A DNA stretch of 24,000 nucleotides from Acidimicrobiales bacterium (GTDB taxonomy: Bacteria > Actinomycetota > Acidimicrobiia > Acidimicrobiales > JAHWLA01), in assembly GCA_036260075.1 (NCBI GenBank), contig DATAAM010000223.1, positions 1,489 to 25,488 of the forward strand. Direction: 5' to 3'. Positions 1 through 8,153 of this stretch are shown here, one piece after another. The notes beneath the pieces were generated by a model that saw only the letters and a list, made by a program, of their open reading frames with translations, made no database searches and had not been told where the DNA came from. Position numbers and translations under genes: made by a program. Positions within the stretch are counted from its first letter, which is position 1; each line of letters starts with the position of its first letter.

Positions 1-728
1 CCGCCCTGCGACAGCTGCTCGACGACGTGCGGTCGGGGGCCCTGTCGGCCGACGAGGCGGTGGCCCGGCTGCGCCGGCTGCCGTTCGCCGACCTCGGGTT
101 CGCCCGAGTCGACCATCACCGCGCCCTGCGCCAGCGCCTGCCCGAGGCGGTCTACGCGCCGGGCAAGACGGCCGAGCAGTGCGCTGCCATCGTGGCCGAG
201 CTGCTGGCCGAGCCGGCAGCCGGGCCGGTGCTGCTCACCCGGGCGTCCGACGAGCAGGCCGACGCCGCGCTCGCCGCCAACGCGGGCGGCGTCCGGACGG
301 GCCACACGGTCTCGTGGCGGCACGCGCCCGAGCGAACCGGTCGCATCGCCGTGGTCACCGCGGGCACCGCCGACCTCCCGGTGGCCGAGGAGTGCGTGGC
401 CACGTTGACGGCGTTCGGGTTCCGCCCCCAGCTCGTGGCCGACTGCGGCGTGGCGGGCGTGCACCGCCTGCTCGGTTCGCTCGACGATCTGGCCGAGGCC
501 GACGCCGTGGTCGTGGTGGCGGGGATGGAGGGCGCGCTGGCCAGCGTGGTGGGCGGCATCACGCCCGCGCCCGTGGTCGCCGTGCCCACCAGCGTGGGGT
601 ACGGCGCCGCGCTCGAAGGCGTCACCGCCCTGCTGGCCATGCTGTCGTCGTGCGCCGCGGGCGTCACCGTCGTGGGCATCGACAACGGCTTCGGTGCCGC
701 CTGCGCGGTCGCCCGCCTCCTTCCATGA
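1..728 (+). CDS. larB: Nickel pincer cofactor biosynthesis protein LarB (AIR carboxylase-like); likely 5'-truncated by the window edge
   Basis: The ORF stays open upstream of codon 27 (ALRQLLDDVRSGALSADEAV), like the LarB N-terminus. AIRC-like motifs include GVAGVHRLLGSLDDLAEADAVVVVAGMEGALASVVGG. Directly followed by larC. Confidence 0.88.
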   Translation, partial: ALRQLLDDVRSGALSADEAVARLRRLPFADLGFARVDHHRALRQRLPEAVYAPGKTAEQCAAIVAELLAEPAAGPVLLTRASDEQADAALAANAGGVRTGHTVSWRHAPERTGRIAVVTAGTADLPVAEECVATLTAFGFRPQLVADCGVAGVHRLLGSLDDLAEADAVVVVAGMEGALASVVGGITPAPVVAVPTSVGYGAALEGVTALLAMLSSCAAGVTVVGIDNGFGAACAVARLLP

Positions 729-1927
729 CGAACGTCGCCTGGTTCCACTGCTTCGCCGGCATCGCGGGCGACATGGCCCTCGGGTCGCTTCTCGACGCGG
801 GAGCCGACGTGGAGGAGGTGGCCCGCCTGCTCGACCGCCTGCCGGTGTCGGGATGGTCGCTGGAGACCCGCCCGGTGCAGCGAAGCGGGATCGCCGCCAC
901 CCGCGTGGAGGTACGGGCGCGCGAGACGGGCGTGGTGCGCACGCACGCGCACATCGTGGGGCTGGTGGAGGAAGCGCGCCTGCCCGACCGGGTGCGCGAC
1001 CGGGCGATCGCCGTCTTCGGTGCCTTGGCCGAGGTGGAGGGGCGGCTGCACCGCCGCCATCCCTCACAGGTGCACTTCCACGAAGTCGGCGGGCTCGACG
1101 CGATCGTCGACGTGGTCGGCTCGTGCGCGGCGCTCGAGGTGCTCGACGTCGACCGTGTCGAGGCCAGCCCGGTGGCGACCGGCACAGGGATGGTGCGGAC
1201 CGCCCACGGCGTGCTGCCCAACCCGGCGCCCGCGGTGGTGGAGCTGTTGCAGGGCGCACCCACCTACGGCCGCGACGTGACGACCGAGCTCACCACGCCC
1301 ACCGGCGCCGCCCTCCTCGCCGCGCTGGCATCGGGCTTCGGACCCCTGCCGCCGATGACGATCTCCTCCACCGGGTTCGGCGCGGGCAGCCGCGAGCTCG
1401 ACGGGCTGCCCAACCTCACCCAGGTCGTGCTGGGCACGGCGGCCGACGATCCGGAGGCGTCGACGGGCGCGGGCCAGCCGGTCGTGGAGCTCTCGGCCAA
1501 CGTCGACGACGCCACCGGGGAGACCCTGGCGCACGCGGTCGGCGCGCTGCTGGAGGCGGGTGCCCACGACGCCTGGGTGGTGCCCGCGCTGATGAAGAAG
1601 GGGCGGCCCGGCCACGTCGTGCACGCGCTGTGCGACGTGGCCCTCGTGGAGCAGGTGGCCCGGGCGCTCACGCGGGAGACGGGGTCGCTCGGCGTGCGGG
1701 GCCACGTGCTCGAGCGGTGGCCGTCCTCCCGGCGCACCGACGAGGTGGACGTGGAGGGCTTCCCCGTGCGGGTGAAGGTGAGCCCCGGGCGGGTGAAGGC
1801 CGAGCACGACGACGCCGCTCGGGTCGCCCGTCGCACCGGCCTCCCCCTGCGGGAGGTGGCGTTCCGGGCCGAGACGGCCTACCGCCGCCTCCATCCGCTG
1901 CCCGGCCCGGGCGACGAAGCCGGCTGA
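725..1927 (+). CDS. larC: Nickel pincer cofactor biosynthesis protein LarC
   Basis: MTNVAWFHCFAGIAGDMALGSLLDAG... with VHFHEVGGLDAIVDVVG and KKGRPGHVVHALC, typical of LarC. The ATG at 725 overlaps the larB stop (ATGA). Confidence 0.93.
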   Translation: MTNVAWFHCFAGIAGDMALGSLLDAGADVEEVARLLDRLPVSGWSLETRPVQRSGIAATRVEVRARETGVVRTHAHIVGLVEEARLPDRVRDRAIAVFGALAEVEGRLHRRHPSQVHFHEVGGLDAIVDVVGSCAALEVLDVDRVEASPVATGTGMVRTAHGVLPNPAPAVVELLQGAPTYGRDVTTELTTPTGAALLAALASGFGPLPPMTISSTGFGAGSRELDGLPNLTQVVLGTAADDPEASTGAGQPVVELSANVDDATGETLAHAVGALLEAGAHDAWVVPALMKKGRPGHVVHALCDVALVEQVARALTRETGSLGVRGHVLERWPSSRRTDEVDVEGFPVRVKVSPGRVKAEHDDAARVARRTGLPLREVAFRAETAYRRLHPLPGPGDEAG

Positions 1928-1929
1928 CA

Positions 1930-1991
1930 CCCTCGTTTTCTTCGCAGATCGCGGTCCTCCCACGCCTGCGTTTGCGGAGAAAACGCGAGGG
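1930..1991. terminator. Bidirectional terminator-like long inverted repeat between convergent genes
   Basis: CCCTCGTTTTCTTCGCA (1930-1946) versus TGCGGAGAAAACGCGAGGG (1973-1991). The arms are complementary apart from a 2-nt bulge and one mismatch. Confidence 0.6.
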
Positions 1992-2002
1992 GGGGGGTTG
2001 GG

Positions 2003-2986
2003 TCAGCGGAAGACGAGGGGCATGGGCAGGGTGTTGTCCTCCAAGCGGGCCTCGCCCTCGACGGGCCCGATCGTGACCGACAGGGTGCTGGCCGCTCCCG
2101 CCACCGGCCGCAGCCCGCCGAGCACCACGGTGGCCCGTTGGCCGGGTGCGAGATCCACGAAGTCGCGGGCACTGTCGCTCACCCCGTCGGCGGTGAGCGT
2201 GGCCACCACCGGCACCCGCTTCTCGGCTTCGTTGCCGACGTTGGCCACCACGATCTGCAACCGCAGCGACCGCACGGCGGGCAGCACGGAGGTGGCTCCC
2301 TCGCTGCCCACGGCCGCCGGGTCGGTGGTGACGAGGGCCACGGCGAGGTCGTGCACCGGAGCCAGCGACGCGCTCGCCCGCAGGGAGTGCACGAACGCGG
2401 CCAGCTCCCCGCCCGTCCAGCCCAGGCCCCCCGGCACCCACTCGGAGGGCGGCATCGCTCCCGCGGGCTTGCCGTCGACGCGGGGGATCGAGTCGAGGAA
2501 CACCACGTACGTGCCGTCGCCGGTGGCGAGGTCGCGCCCGGCGCGCACGAGCGCGTCGACCGCCGGTTCCGGTGGATCGGTGCCAAGGGCGCGCGTGAGC
2601 GCCTCACGCACCTGCTCCGCCGCCCGCGCCCGGATGGCCATGGTGGCCACGAGGAGGTTGTGCGAGGTCTCCAACGACTCCGGCGGGTCGGCCTCGCGCA
2701 CGAGGCGCAGCACCGAGCGGGCCTCGGCGGCAACCCGCTGCAGCCGCCGCCCCACGGCGGCGCGGCCCAGGCGGGCGGCCTCGTCGCGCACCCGCACGAG
2801 GTCGGCCCCCTGCTCGGTGGAGCGTTCGACGGCGGGCCGCACGCGGTCGAGGTAGGCGAGCTGGGCCAGGCGGACGGAGGGGCCGTCGGAGCCGCCGGAA
2901 GCGGCGTTGACCGCCAGGACGAGGAGCGTCAGGAGCGCGCCGAGCAGCAGCCAGCGGGGTCGCCGACGGCGAGGGGCGCGAGCCAT
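2003..2986 (-). CDS. Secreted or membrane-anchored hypothetical protein with a C-terminal beta-sandwich-like (CARDB-like) region
   Basis: N-terminal basic stretch plus hydrophobic helix (RRRPRWLLLGALLTLLVLAVNAA). The C-terminus resembles an Ig/CARDB fold (LQIVVANVGNEAEKRVPVVATL...). Confidence 0.7.
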   Translation of the reverse strand: MARAPRRRRPRWLLLGALLTLLVLAVNAASGGSDGPSVRLAQLAYLDRVRPAVERSTEQGADLVRVRDEAARLGRAAVGRRLQRVAAEARSVLRLVREADPPESLETSHNLLVATMAIRARAAEQVREALTRALGTDPPEPAVDALVRAGRDLATGDGTYVVFLDSIPRVDGKPAGAMPPSEWVPGGLGWTGGELAAFVHSLRASASLAPVHDLAVALVTTDPAAVGSEGATSVLPAVRSLRLQIVVANVGNEAEKRVPVVATLTADGVSDSARDFVDLAPGQRATVVLGGLRPVAGAASTLSVTIGPVEGEARLEDNTLPMPLVFR

Positions 2987-3008
2987 CGGCGCCCGACGCT
3001 AGCGAACG

Positions 3009-4676
3009 TCACCGCCGCCGACGCCGGGGCCCGTAGCCATCGCCCGCCGCCGGCAGGCTCATCGCGAACGCCGCCCCGCCTCCCGGGTTGTCCGCGACCC
3101 ACAGGTCGCCGCCCTGCTCGCGCATGAGCCGCGAGGCCACGTACAGCCCGAGTCCCGAGCCCTCGGTGCCCGCCGACGTGGATCCCCGACGGGCGCGCTC
3201 GAAGACGGTCCGCCGTTCGGCGACGGGCACGCCCGGGCCTTTGTCGGCCACCGTCACGACCACCCAGTCGTCGCGGACCTCCCCCCGCACCTCGACGGGG
3301 GTGCCGGGCGCGTAGCGGGCTGCGTTGTCGAGGAGGTTGCGCAGCACCTGCACCGTCTCGGTGGGCCGGCCGACGGCCACGAGGCGGTCGTCGACGTCGA
3401 GCGTGACATCGTGGCCGCTTGAGCGTTCGAGGAGCACGACCGGCTCGATCACCTCGCACACCGGGAACGGCCGCGGCTCCTCCCGCTCCCGCGCGGCCAC
3501 CAGCTCCTGCAGCCGGCTGACCTCGGCTCCGAGCGCGTGCGTCAGCGCGTCGACCGTGCCCGCGTCGAGCTCGTCGTGGCTCCGACCGAGCAGGTCGGCC
3601 ACGCCGCCTATGGCGAACAGAGCGGAGCGCACGTCGTGCTGTCGCTCTTCGAGCGCTTGGCGCTCCGCCTCGCGCTGTGCCTCGATGCTGCGCACGCGGG
3701 CCTGCGAGCGCCGGAGCGCGGTGGCCTGGCGAGCGTGCTGCTCGTGCAGGTCGCGGTTGACGCCCATGAGGGCGAACAGCACGCCTTCGAAGCGGAGGAT
3801 GCGACTGGCGGCCAGCCACAGCGACCCCGCCGGGTAGGTGACGGCCAGGGCCATCCGGGCTTCGCCGAGGCCGAGCAGCATGAGCGCCAGCCACGCGTAG
3901 AGCGGGCGGTCGCGTGCGTCGGCGCACACCCAGAAGCGGACGGCGAGGAGCAGCACCACCCCGGCCACGAGCGCGTGTGCCACCGCCTGCCCCGCCGACG
4001 GCACCGTGCCCTCGCGCCGTCCGGCCAGGATCTCGGCGGTGGCGGGTGAGAGCACGAGCACCGTCGTGAGAACGGCCAACCCGAAGAGGGCCATCACCCC
4101 GGCGCGCGCCGGGGGGACCGTGCGCAGCCGGTCGCGCAGGCGTCCCGGAAGCGGGAAGACGGGCAGGGCCAGGACGAGCAGGCCGACCACGAAGCCGAGC
4201 GGCGGGACGAGCTCAACGAGTGTGTCGTCGCGCGCCCCCACGGGCAGGCGGGGGAGGACGAGCTCGTCGAAGCCCACGAACACGGCCCCGAGGATCACGA
4301 GGCCCACCCCGACGGCGATGTCGCGCCGTTCGCCCAGGAGCCGCCAGCGCAGCAGCACCAGCGCACCGACGACGACCGCGATCACCGTGGTCGAGGTGTC
4401 GAGGATGTCGTTCACGGAGGCCATGGCCTCGGTCGCCCCGTAGCCGCCCGCGTCGAGGGCTGCGAACACTCCCCAGGTCAGCCCGGTTATGGCCAGCGCC
4501 AAGAGCAGCGGCCCCGTGAACGGCCGGCGATCCGAGCCGCGCGGCCCGTCGGCTGCCTGGGCGCCGCCACCGCGCGCCGGGCGCGCCCACCGAGACCCCC
4601 CTTCCTCCGCTGCCATGCGGGCCCGCCACGGTCGTCCGAGCGGGACGCTTCCGCCCGCTGCTGAACCCATGTGCAC
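3009..4676 (-). CDS. Multi-pass membrane sensor histidine kinase, orphan in this window
   Basis: Several predicted TM helices, H-box-like RQHDVRSALFAIGG, N-box LRNLLDNAARYAPG, G1 VADKGPGVP and G2 GSGLGLYVASRLM. Confidence 0.85.
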   Translation of the reverse strand: MHMGSAAGGSVPLGRPWRARMAAEEGGSRWARPARGGGAQAADGPRGSDRRPFTGPLLLALAITGLTWGVFAALDAGGYGATEAMASVNDILDTSTTVIAVVVGALVLLRWRLLGERRDIAVGVGLVILGAVFVGFDELVLPRLPVGARDDTLVELVPPLGFVVGLLVLALPVFPLPGRLRDRLRTVPPARAGVMALFGLAVLTTVLVLSPATAEILAGRREGTVPSAGQAVAHALVAGVVLLLAVRFWVCADARDRPLYAWLALMLLGLGEARMALAVTYPAGSLWLAASRILRFEGVLFALMGVNRDLHEQHARQATALRRSQARVRSIEAQREAERQALEERQHDVRSALFAIGGVADLLGRSHDELDAGTVDALTHALGAEVSRLQELVAAREREEPRPFPVCEVIEPVVLLERSSGHDVTLDVDDRLVAVGRPTETVQVLRNLLDNAARYAPGTPVEVRGEVRDDWVVVTVADKGPGVPVAERRTVFERARRGSTSAGTEGSGLGLYVASRLMREQGGDLWVADNPGGGAAFAMSLPAAGDGYGPRRRRR

Positions 4677-4720
4677 GTCCTCGCGATCTCGGTCGCTGTC
4701 GGTGACGAGTCTTACTCGTC

Positions 4721-5332
4721 ATGAGCGCCTTCGAGTTGAGGACCCGGTGCTACGGTCGCCGCTCGATGACCGTCGACGAGGCCCGAGAACGCCTGGTTTC
4801 GGTCCTGTCGCGAGGGATGAGCACGGCGGTCGGCGAGCCGTTCACGCTCAGCTCCGGAGCCCGCAGTTGGGTCGTGTTCGACTGCGCCGACGCCATCTGC
4901 GACGACGACACCCTCGGCTTCGTCGTCTCCTACCTGCTCGACCACGTCGACGTGGACTGCGACGCGGTGGGCGGGCCCGCCCTCGGTGCCGGGCCCCTCG
5001 TCTACGGCGCGGGCGCGGTGGCGGGACGGCGTTGCTTCCTGGTGCGAGAGGCGCAGAAGGGGCACGGGGTCGGAGGCTGGTTCAAAGGGCACTTCCGACC
5101 GGGCGACCGGGTGCTGGTGGTGGAGGACGTGGTGACCACCGGCGACTCGCTGCTCAAGGCCATGCGCGTGGTGCGCGACCAGGGCGGGGTCGTGGTCGGT
5201 GCGGCCACGCTGATCGACCGGGGCGATATCACCGCCGCCAAGGTCGCCGAGGAGTTCGGCGTGCCCTACGTGCCGATGACGACGTACCGCGACTACGGCG
5301 TGGACCCCGTGGAAGCGGTGCCGTCGGCCTGA
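4721..5332 (+). CDS. Orotate phosphoribosyltransferase-like protein; start may instead be ATG 4766
   Basis: PRPP-binding loop VLVVEDVVTTGDSLLKA, substrate loop EPFTLSSGARS, and VVVGAATLIDRGD. Confidence 0.8.
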   Translation: MSAFELRTRCYGRRSMTVDEARERLVSVLSRGMSTAVGEPFTLSSGARSWVVFDCADAICDDDTLGFVVSYLLDHVDVDCDAVGGPALGAGPLVYGAGAVAGRRCFLVREAQKGHGVGGWFKGHFRPGDRVLVVEDVVTTGDSLLKAMRVVRDQGGVVVGAATLIDRGDITAAKVAEEFGVPYVPMTTYRDYGVDPVEAVPSA

Positions 5333-5365
5333 GCCGAGGCGGTGGGCTACCGACAGAACTGTCCT

Positions 5366-5387
5366 GACGTGGGGTTACCCCAGCGTC
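5366..5387. terminator. Dyad-symmetric terminator-like sequence between convergent PRTase genes
   Basis: GACG-TGGGGT-T-ACCCCA-g-CGTC. It is preceded by the dyad GACAGaaCTGTC (5352-5363). Confidence 0.35.
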
Positions 5388-5427
5388 TTGCGGATCGGTT
5401 CCCCCCTCTGCTGGGTCGCGTTCCCAA

Positions 5428-6282
5428 CTACCCGCCGGGAACGGCTGCCTGGCGAGCCTTGGACTCAAGAGCTGCGAAGTCAGCATCACCGAGTTTGAGT
5501 ACCGCGTTCAGGTTCAAACGGTGCTCATCGAGCTTCGTTCGTGCAGACCCTTCGCTTCGCTCAACGAAGACGAACGCTTCACGAACGATGAAGCCTGCCT
5601 CCCGCGCTCGACTCGCGGTCTCCACTAGAAGCTCTCCATCAGTTCCGACGTCGTCCAGCAAGAGTCCTCGGCCGTGGGTAACGGCCGACTCGACGTATTG
5701 GCCGTCGAGGGGCGAATCACGAATAACCACCGAAGGCAGCTTCAAGATCTGGGCAACGGTCAGTCCGAGGATGGGGTTACCGGATTTCGGCAAGATAAGA
5801 GCGTGGTAATTTTTGACGATAATGTTCTCATTAATACTTTCAGCCAGGATCTCGGCTAGTACCTTAAGATGTGCTTCTGTCAGTACCGCTTCTCTGAGAT
5901 CTAGGGAGTAGCTAGCTTTTACAGCTCCACTTTTGCCCAACGTTTGAGGAGTGTCAGACTTCTTTAGATGAAGAAACATTACCCATTCAATGGGGCTCAC
6001 TTCGTTTGGTGTGGGGAAACCTTCCTTTGCAACCTGTTCTGGCGCGACATCTACGAAGTGCGATTTCTTCTCCGCCGGTGATTCCTCGGCTGCTTCGACC
6101 GCAGGTGGAGACACATCGCCGGTCCTGCGTCCCTGCAGGACCCCGTATAGAAATGCCAGAGCCCCCAACAACAACGAACCGCCCGCTAGCAACGGTTGAT
6201 CCTTGAGCATCACTGCGCCCAGGATCCCGCCGAGCGCGACGGGGAACGGGCCTCGCACCTTCTGCAACCATTGCCAGTCCAT
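5428..6282 (-). CDS. Predicted membrane-anchored phosphoribosyltransferase-like protein
   Basis: Start MDWQWLQKVRGPFP with a GAGG-like SD. Two hydrophobic segments (FPVALGGILGAVML...PLLAGGSLLLGALAFLYGVL), then a PRTase-like domain with HALILPKSGNPILGLTVAQILKLPSVVIR and PRPP-loop-like GLLLDDVGTDGELLVETASRAREAG. Confidence 0.72.
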   Translation of the reverse strand: MDWQWLQKVRGPFPVALGGILGAVMLKDQPLLAGGSLLLGALAFLYGVLQGRRTGDVSPPAVEAAEESPAEKKSHFVDVAPEQVAKEGFPTPNEVSPIEWVMFLHLKKSDTPQTLGKSGAVKASYSLDLREAVLTEAHLKVLAEILAESINENIIVKNYHALILPKSGNPILGLTVAQILKLPSVVIRDSPLDGQYVESAVTHGRGLLLDDVGTDGELLVETASRAREAGFIVREAFVFVERSEGSARTKLDEHRLNLNAVLKLGDADFAALESKARQAAVPGG

Positions 6283-6374
6283 GGGGGTTCCTCGTTCTGC
6301 GCGACCTGCGGCGGTACGGAGGAAGTCTAGACGGCCGAGTGCTAGCAAAGGTGACCAGTGGGGGGGCGGATATG

Positions 6375-6704
6375 CTAAATCTGATTCTCAGGTCTCGAAA
6401 GGACCTCGTAAATTTCTTCTCGCAGAAGGCGAGCCAGTCCAGCGCCCTCTTGGGCCGTGTTTGCCTCAAGCACCGCTTGCAGATGGCGCCTGAAAACTTC
6501 ATTCAGACTTGTAATTGCACCTTGTGGCAACGCCCCATGGCTGTCCCAGACGTCGCTGATGACGGCAAGCGCACGTGCAATCCCACTGTACCGAGCATCG
6601 CCAGAGTTGTCAGCTGCGTCCCAGCAGTAATTCTCCAGCTCCTGAACGGCCGGAGCAGACAGCAGGCCGTCAGTTATCAGTCGTTCAAGCGATGACGCGT
6701 CCAT
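6375..6704 (-). CDS. Small helical protein of unknown function; ORF extends to 6752 if an upstream start is used
   Basis: 109-125 aa ORF whose ATG at 6704 overlaps the 3' end of the upstream PRTase gene (stop at 6685), which suggests translational coupling. No recognisable domain. Confidence 0.6.
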   Translation of the reverse strand: MDASSLERLITDGLLSAPAVQELENYCWDAADNSGDARYSGIARALAVISDVWDSHGALPQGAITSLNEVFRRHLQAVLEANTAQEGAGLARLLREEIYEVLSRPENQI

Positions 6705-7260
6705 CCGGTACCGGTTCGATGCCCAAATCATCGTAGGTGATAAGTGGCTCATAGACGCGAACCCCTCGTTCGCGCAGACGTTGACGGGTCGTTTCTCCGC
6801 GGTCGACCAGCGTGACTGCCATGACTACGTCGACTTGGAACGGTTCAAGAGCATCAAGCGCGTCGAGAATCGAGCGACCAGTCGTAGCAACGTCATCAAG
6901 GAGCAGTACTGGAAGACCGGGCGTGAGCGTCGCGCCCACGATGCGCTGACGCTTTCCGTGTAGCTTCTCGTCCTTCAGCACGGAGAACCAGAGCTTCTGA
7001 GCTGTAAAGGCAACAGCGTGCGCCAACGGATCCGCTCCGAGGGTCATGCCTCCAGCTGCGTCGAACTCCACGCCAGCCTGCTGGGTGAGCTCAAGGATCG
7101 CCTCGCCAACTCGCTGAAGGCAAGTGCCGTGAGCGAGAGCGCGTTTGGCATCGACGTAGTCGTGACTGAGATAGCCGGACGATAGTTCGAACGGCTCTGC
7201 TCGTCGCTCGTACCCCCACTTCGCCACCATGGCGATGATCGAATCTCGCAACTCGGACAC
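6685..7260 (-). CDS. Orotate phosphoribosyltransferase-like protein; ORF extends to 7347
   Basis: AEPFELSSGYLSHDYVDAKRAL, canonical PRPP loop PVLLLDDVATTGRSILDAL, and VVMAVTLVDRGET. GTG start at 7260 (VSELRDSIIAMVAKWG) is preferred over 7347. Confidence 0.83.
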   Translation of the reverse strand: MSELRDSIIAMVAKWGYERRAEPFELSSGYLSHDYVDAKRALAHGTCLQRVGEAILELTQQAGVEFDAAGGMTLGADPLAHAVAFTAQKLWFSVLKDEKLHGKRQRIVGATLTPGLPVLLLDDVATTGRSILDALDALEPFQVDVVMAVTLVDRGETTRQRLRERGVRVYEPLITYDDLGIEPVPDGRVIA

Positions 7261-7402
7261 GCGACTCAACTCCCGAGGCCCGCTCGGGCCACGGCGATCA
7301 GTGTAGGAGTTCTCCGGTTCGGTGTGGACACCGCTGAATCCTTGCACAGTCCGCGCCTTCCTTCTCGGGCAGGGCCCGCCAGTTCGGACTCTCAGGTCCT
7401 TG

Positions 7403-7447
7403 ACTCTGAACTCCAGACTTCAGAATCCGAAGTTCGAAGTTCAGAGT
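7403..7447. promoter_or_regulatory. Nested dyad/hairpin in the divergent promoter region of the PRTase operon and the wHTH gene
   Basis: ACTCTGAACT (7403-7412) / AGTTCAGAGT (7438-7447) is a perfect 10-bp pair enclosing ACTTC/GAAGT (7417-7421/7429-7433). A second dyad, CGGTGT-GG-ACACCG, lies at 7320-7333. Confidence 0.5.
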
Positions 7448-7474
7448 ACGCTGGGCCCTGAGGAGGGAGGGTGG

Positions 7475-7789
7475 ATGGTCGGAGCGAAGAGCCGGGACCA
7501 AGTCCAAGCTCTTTCGAAGAGCGCTTTGGGCCGCGACCATCGATTGACCCTTGCGCGTGCGATCCTCGCCAGGGGCGACGACCTTTTCGATCTTGCCACG
7601 CTCGAAGAAGCAACGGGGGTGCCAGACGCGACCGTCTTCAGGGAGGTGGCCGAACTTCACGATCTTGGAGTTCTGAACAGGGTTGAGGATCGGAATCGAG
7701 TCTTCTACCACAGAGTGGACAGTCCCTTCTGGGCCTGGTGCCAAGAACTCCTCGACCGTGTTACTGGAGCCGACTCGTCGGTTCGCTGA
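7475..7789 (+). CDS. Small winged-helix (ArsR-like) transcriptional regulator
   Basis: ALSKSALGRDHRLTLARAILARGDDLFDLATLEEATGVPDATVFREVAELHDLGVLNRVEDRNRVFYHRVDSPFW. SD-like GAGGAGGGAGG precedes ATG 7475. Confidence 0.7.
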   Translation: MVGAKSRDQVQALSKSALGRDHRLTLARAILARGDDLFDLATLEEATGVPDATVFREVAELHDLGVLNRVEDRNRVFYHRVDSPFWAWCQELLDRVTGADSSVR

Positions 7790-7822
7790 GTACATTGCAC
7801 TTGGCGATGCCTGTCCCGCCAC

Positions 7823-8026
7823 TCAACCGGCGTTTCGCTCTGCCCAGCGCACGATCTCCGAACGCAGCCAGAGCCTCGTACGACCGCCCCCACGCTCGAC
7901 GACCGGGCGGGGCATGTCGGCGTAGCGCTTTTGGTACGTGGAGACGCTGTTGCGGTGCGACAGACCGAGGAGCTCAGCGACCTCTTGCGCGTCGATCAGG
8001 TCCTCCGTGTTCACCTTCGGCGCCAC
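7823..8026 (-). CDS. Small HTH DNA-binding protein (excisionase/AlpA/MerR-like)
   Basis: DAQEVAELLGLSHRNSVSTYQKRYADMPRPVVERGGGRTRLWLRSEIVRWAE has the typical AlpA/Xis-like layout. Confidence 0.7.
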   Translation of the reverse strand: MAPKVNTEDLIDAQEVAELLGLSHRNSVSTYQKRYADMPRPVVERGGGRTRLWLRSEIVRWAERNAG

Positions 8027-8032
8027 GCGGCC

Positions 8033-8086
8033 AGTCTACGAGCGTTGACAAACCTCGGGTGGATCCCTAGTCTACGAACGTAGACA
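8033..8086 (+). promoter_or_regulatory. Sigma70-like promoter overlapped by two copies of an 18-bp operator
   Basis: AGTCTACGAGCGTTGACA (8033-8050) and AGTCTACGAACGTAGACA (8069-8086). The second contains the perfect dyad GTCTACG-AA-CGTAGAC. TTGACA (8045-8050), a 17-nt spacer, and TAGTCT (8068-8073). Confidence 0.6.
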
Positions 8087-8153
8087 TACCAGGTGGCCGG
8101 GGCGCTGCGCGAACAGCCCCCGGCCTGGCCGATTCCTGCAAGGAGGAACCGAC

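Noticed and set aside
7322-7474. GTG-initiated extension of the wHTH gene to 7322
   Set aside because: It would translate through the dyad-rich intergenic region. A strong SD (GAGGAGGGAGG) precedes ATG 7475.
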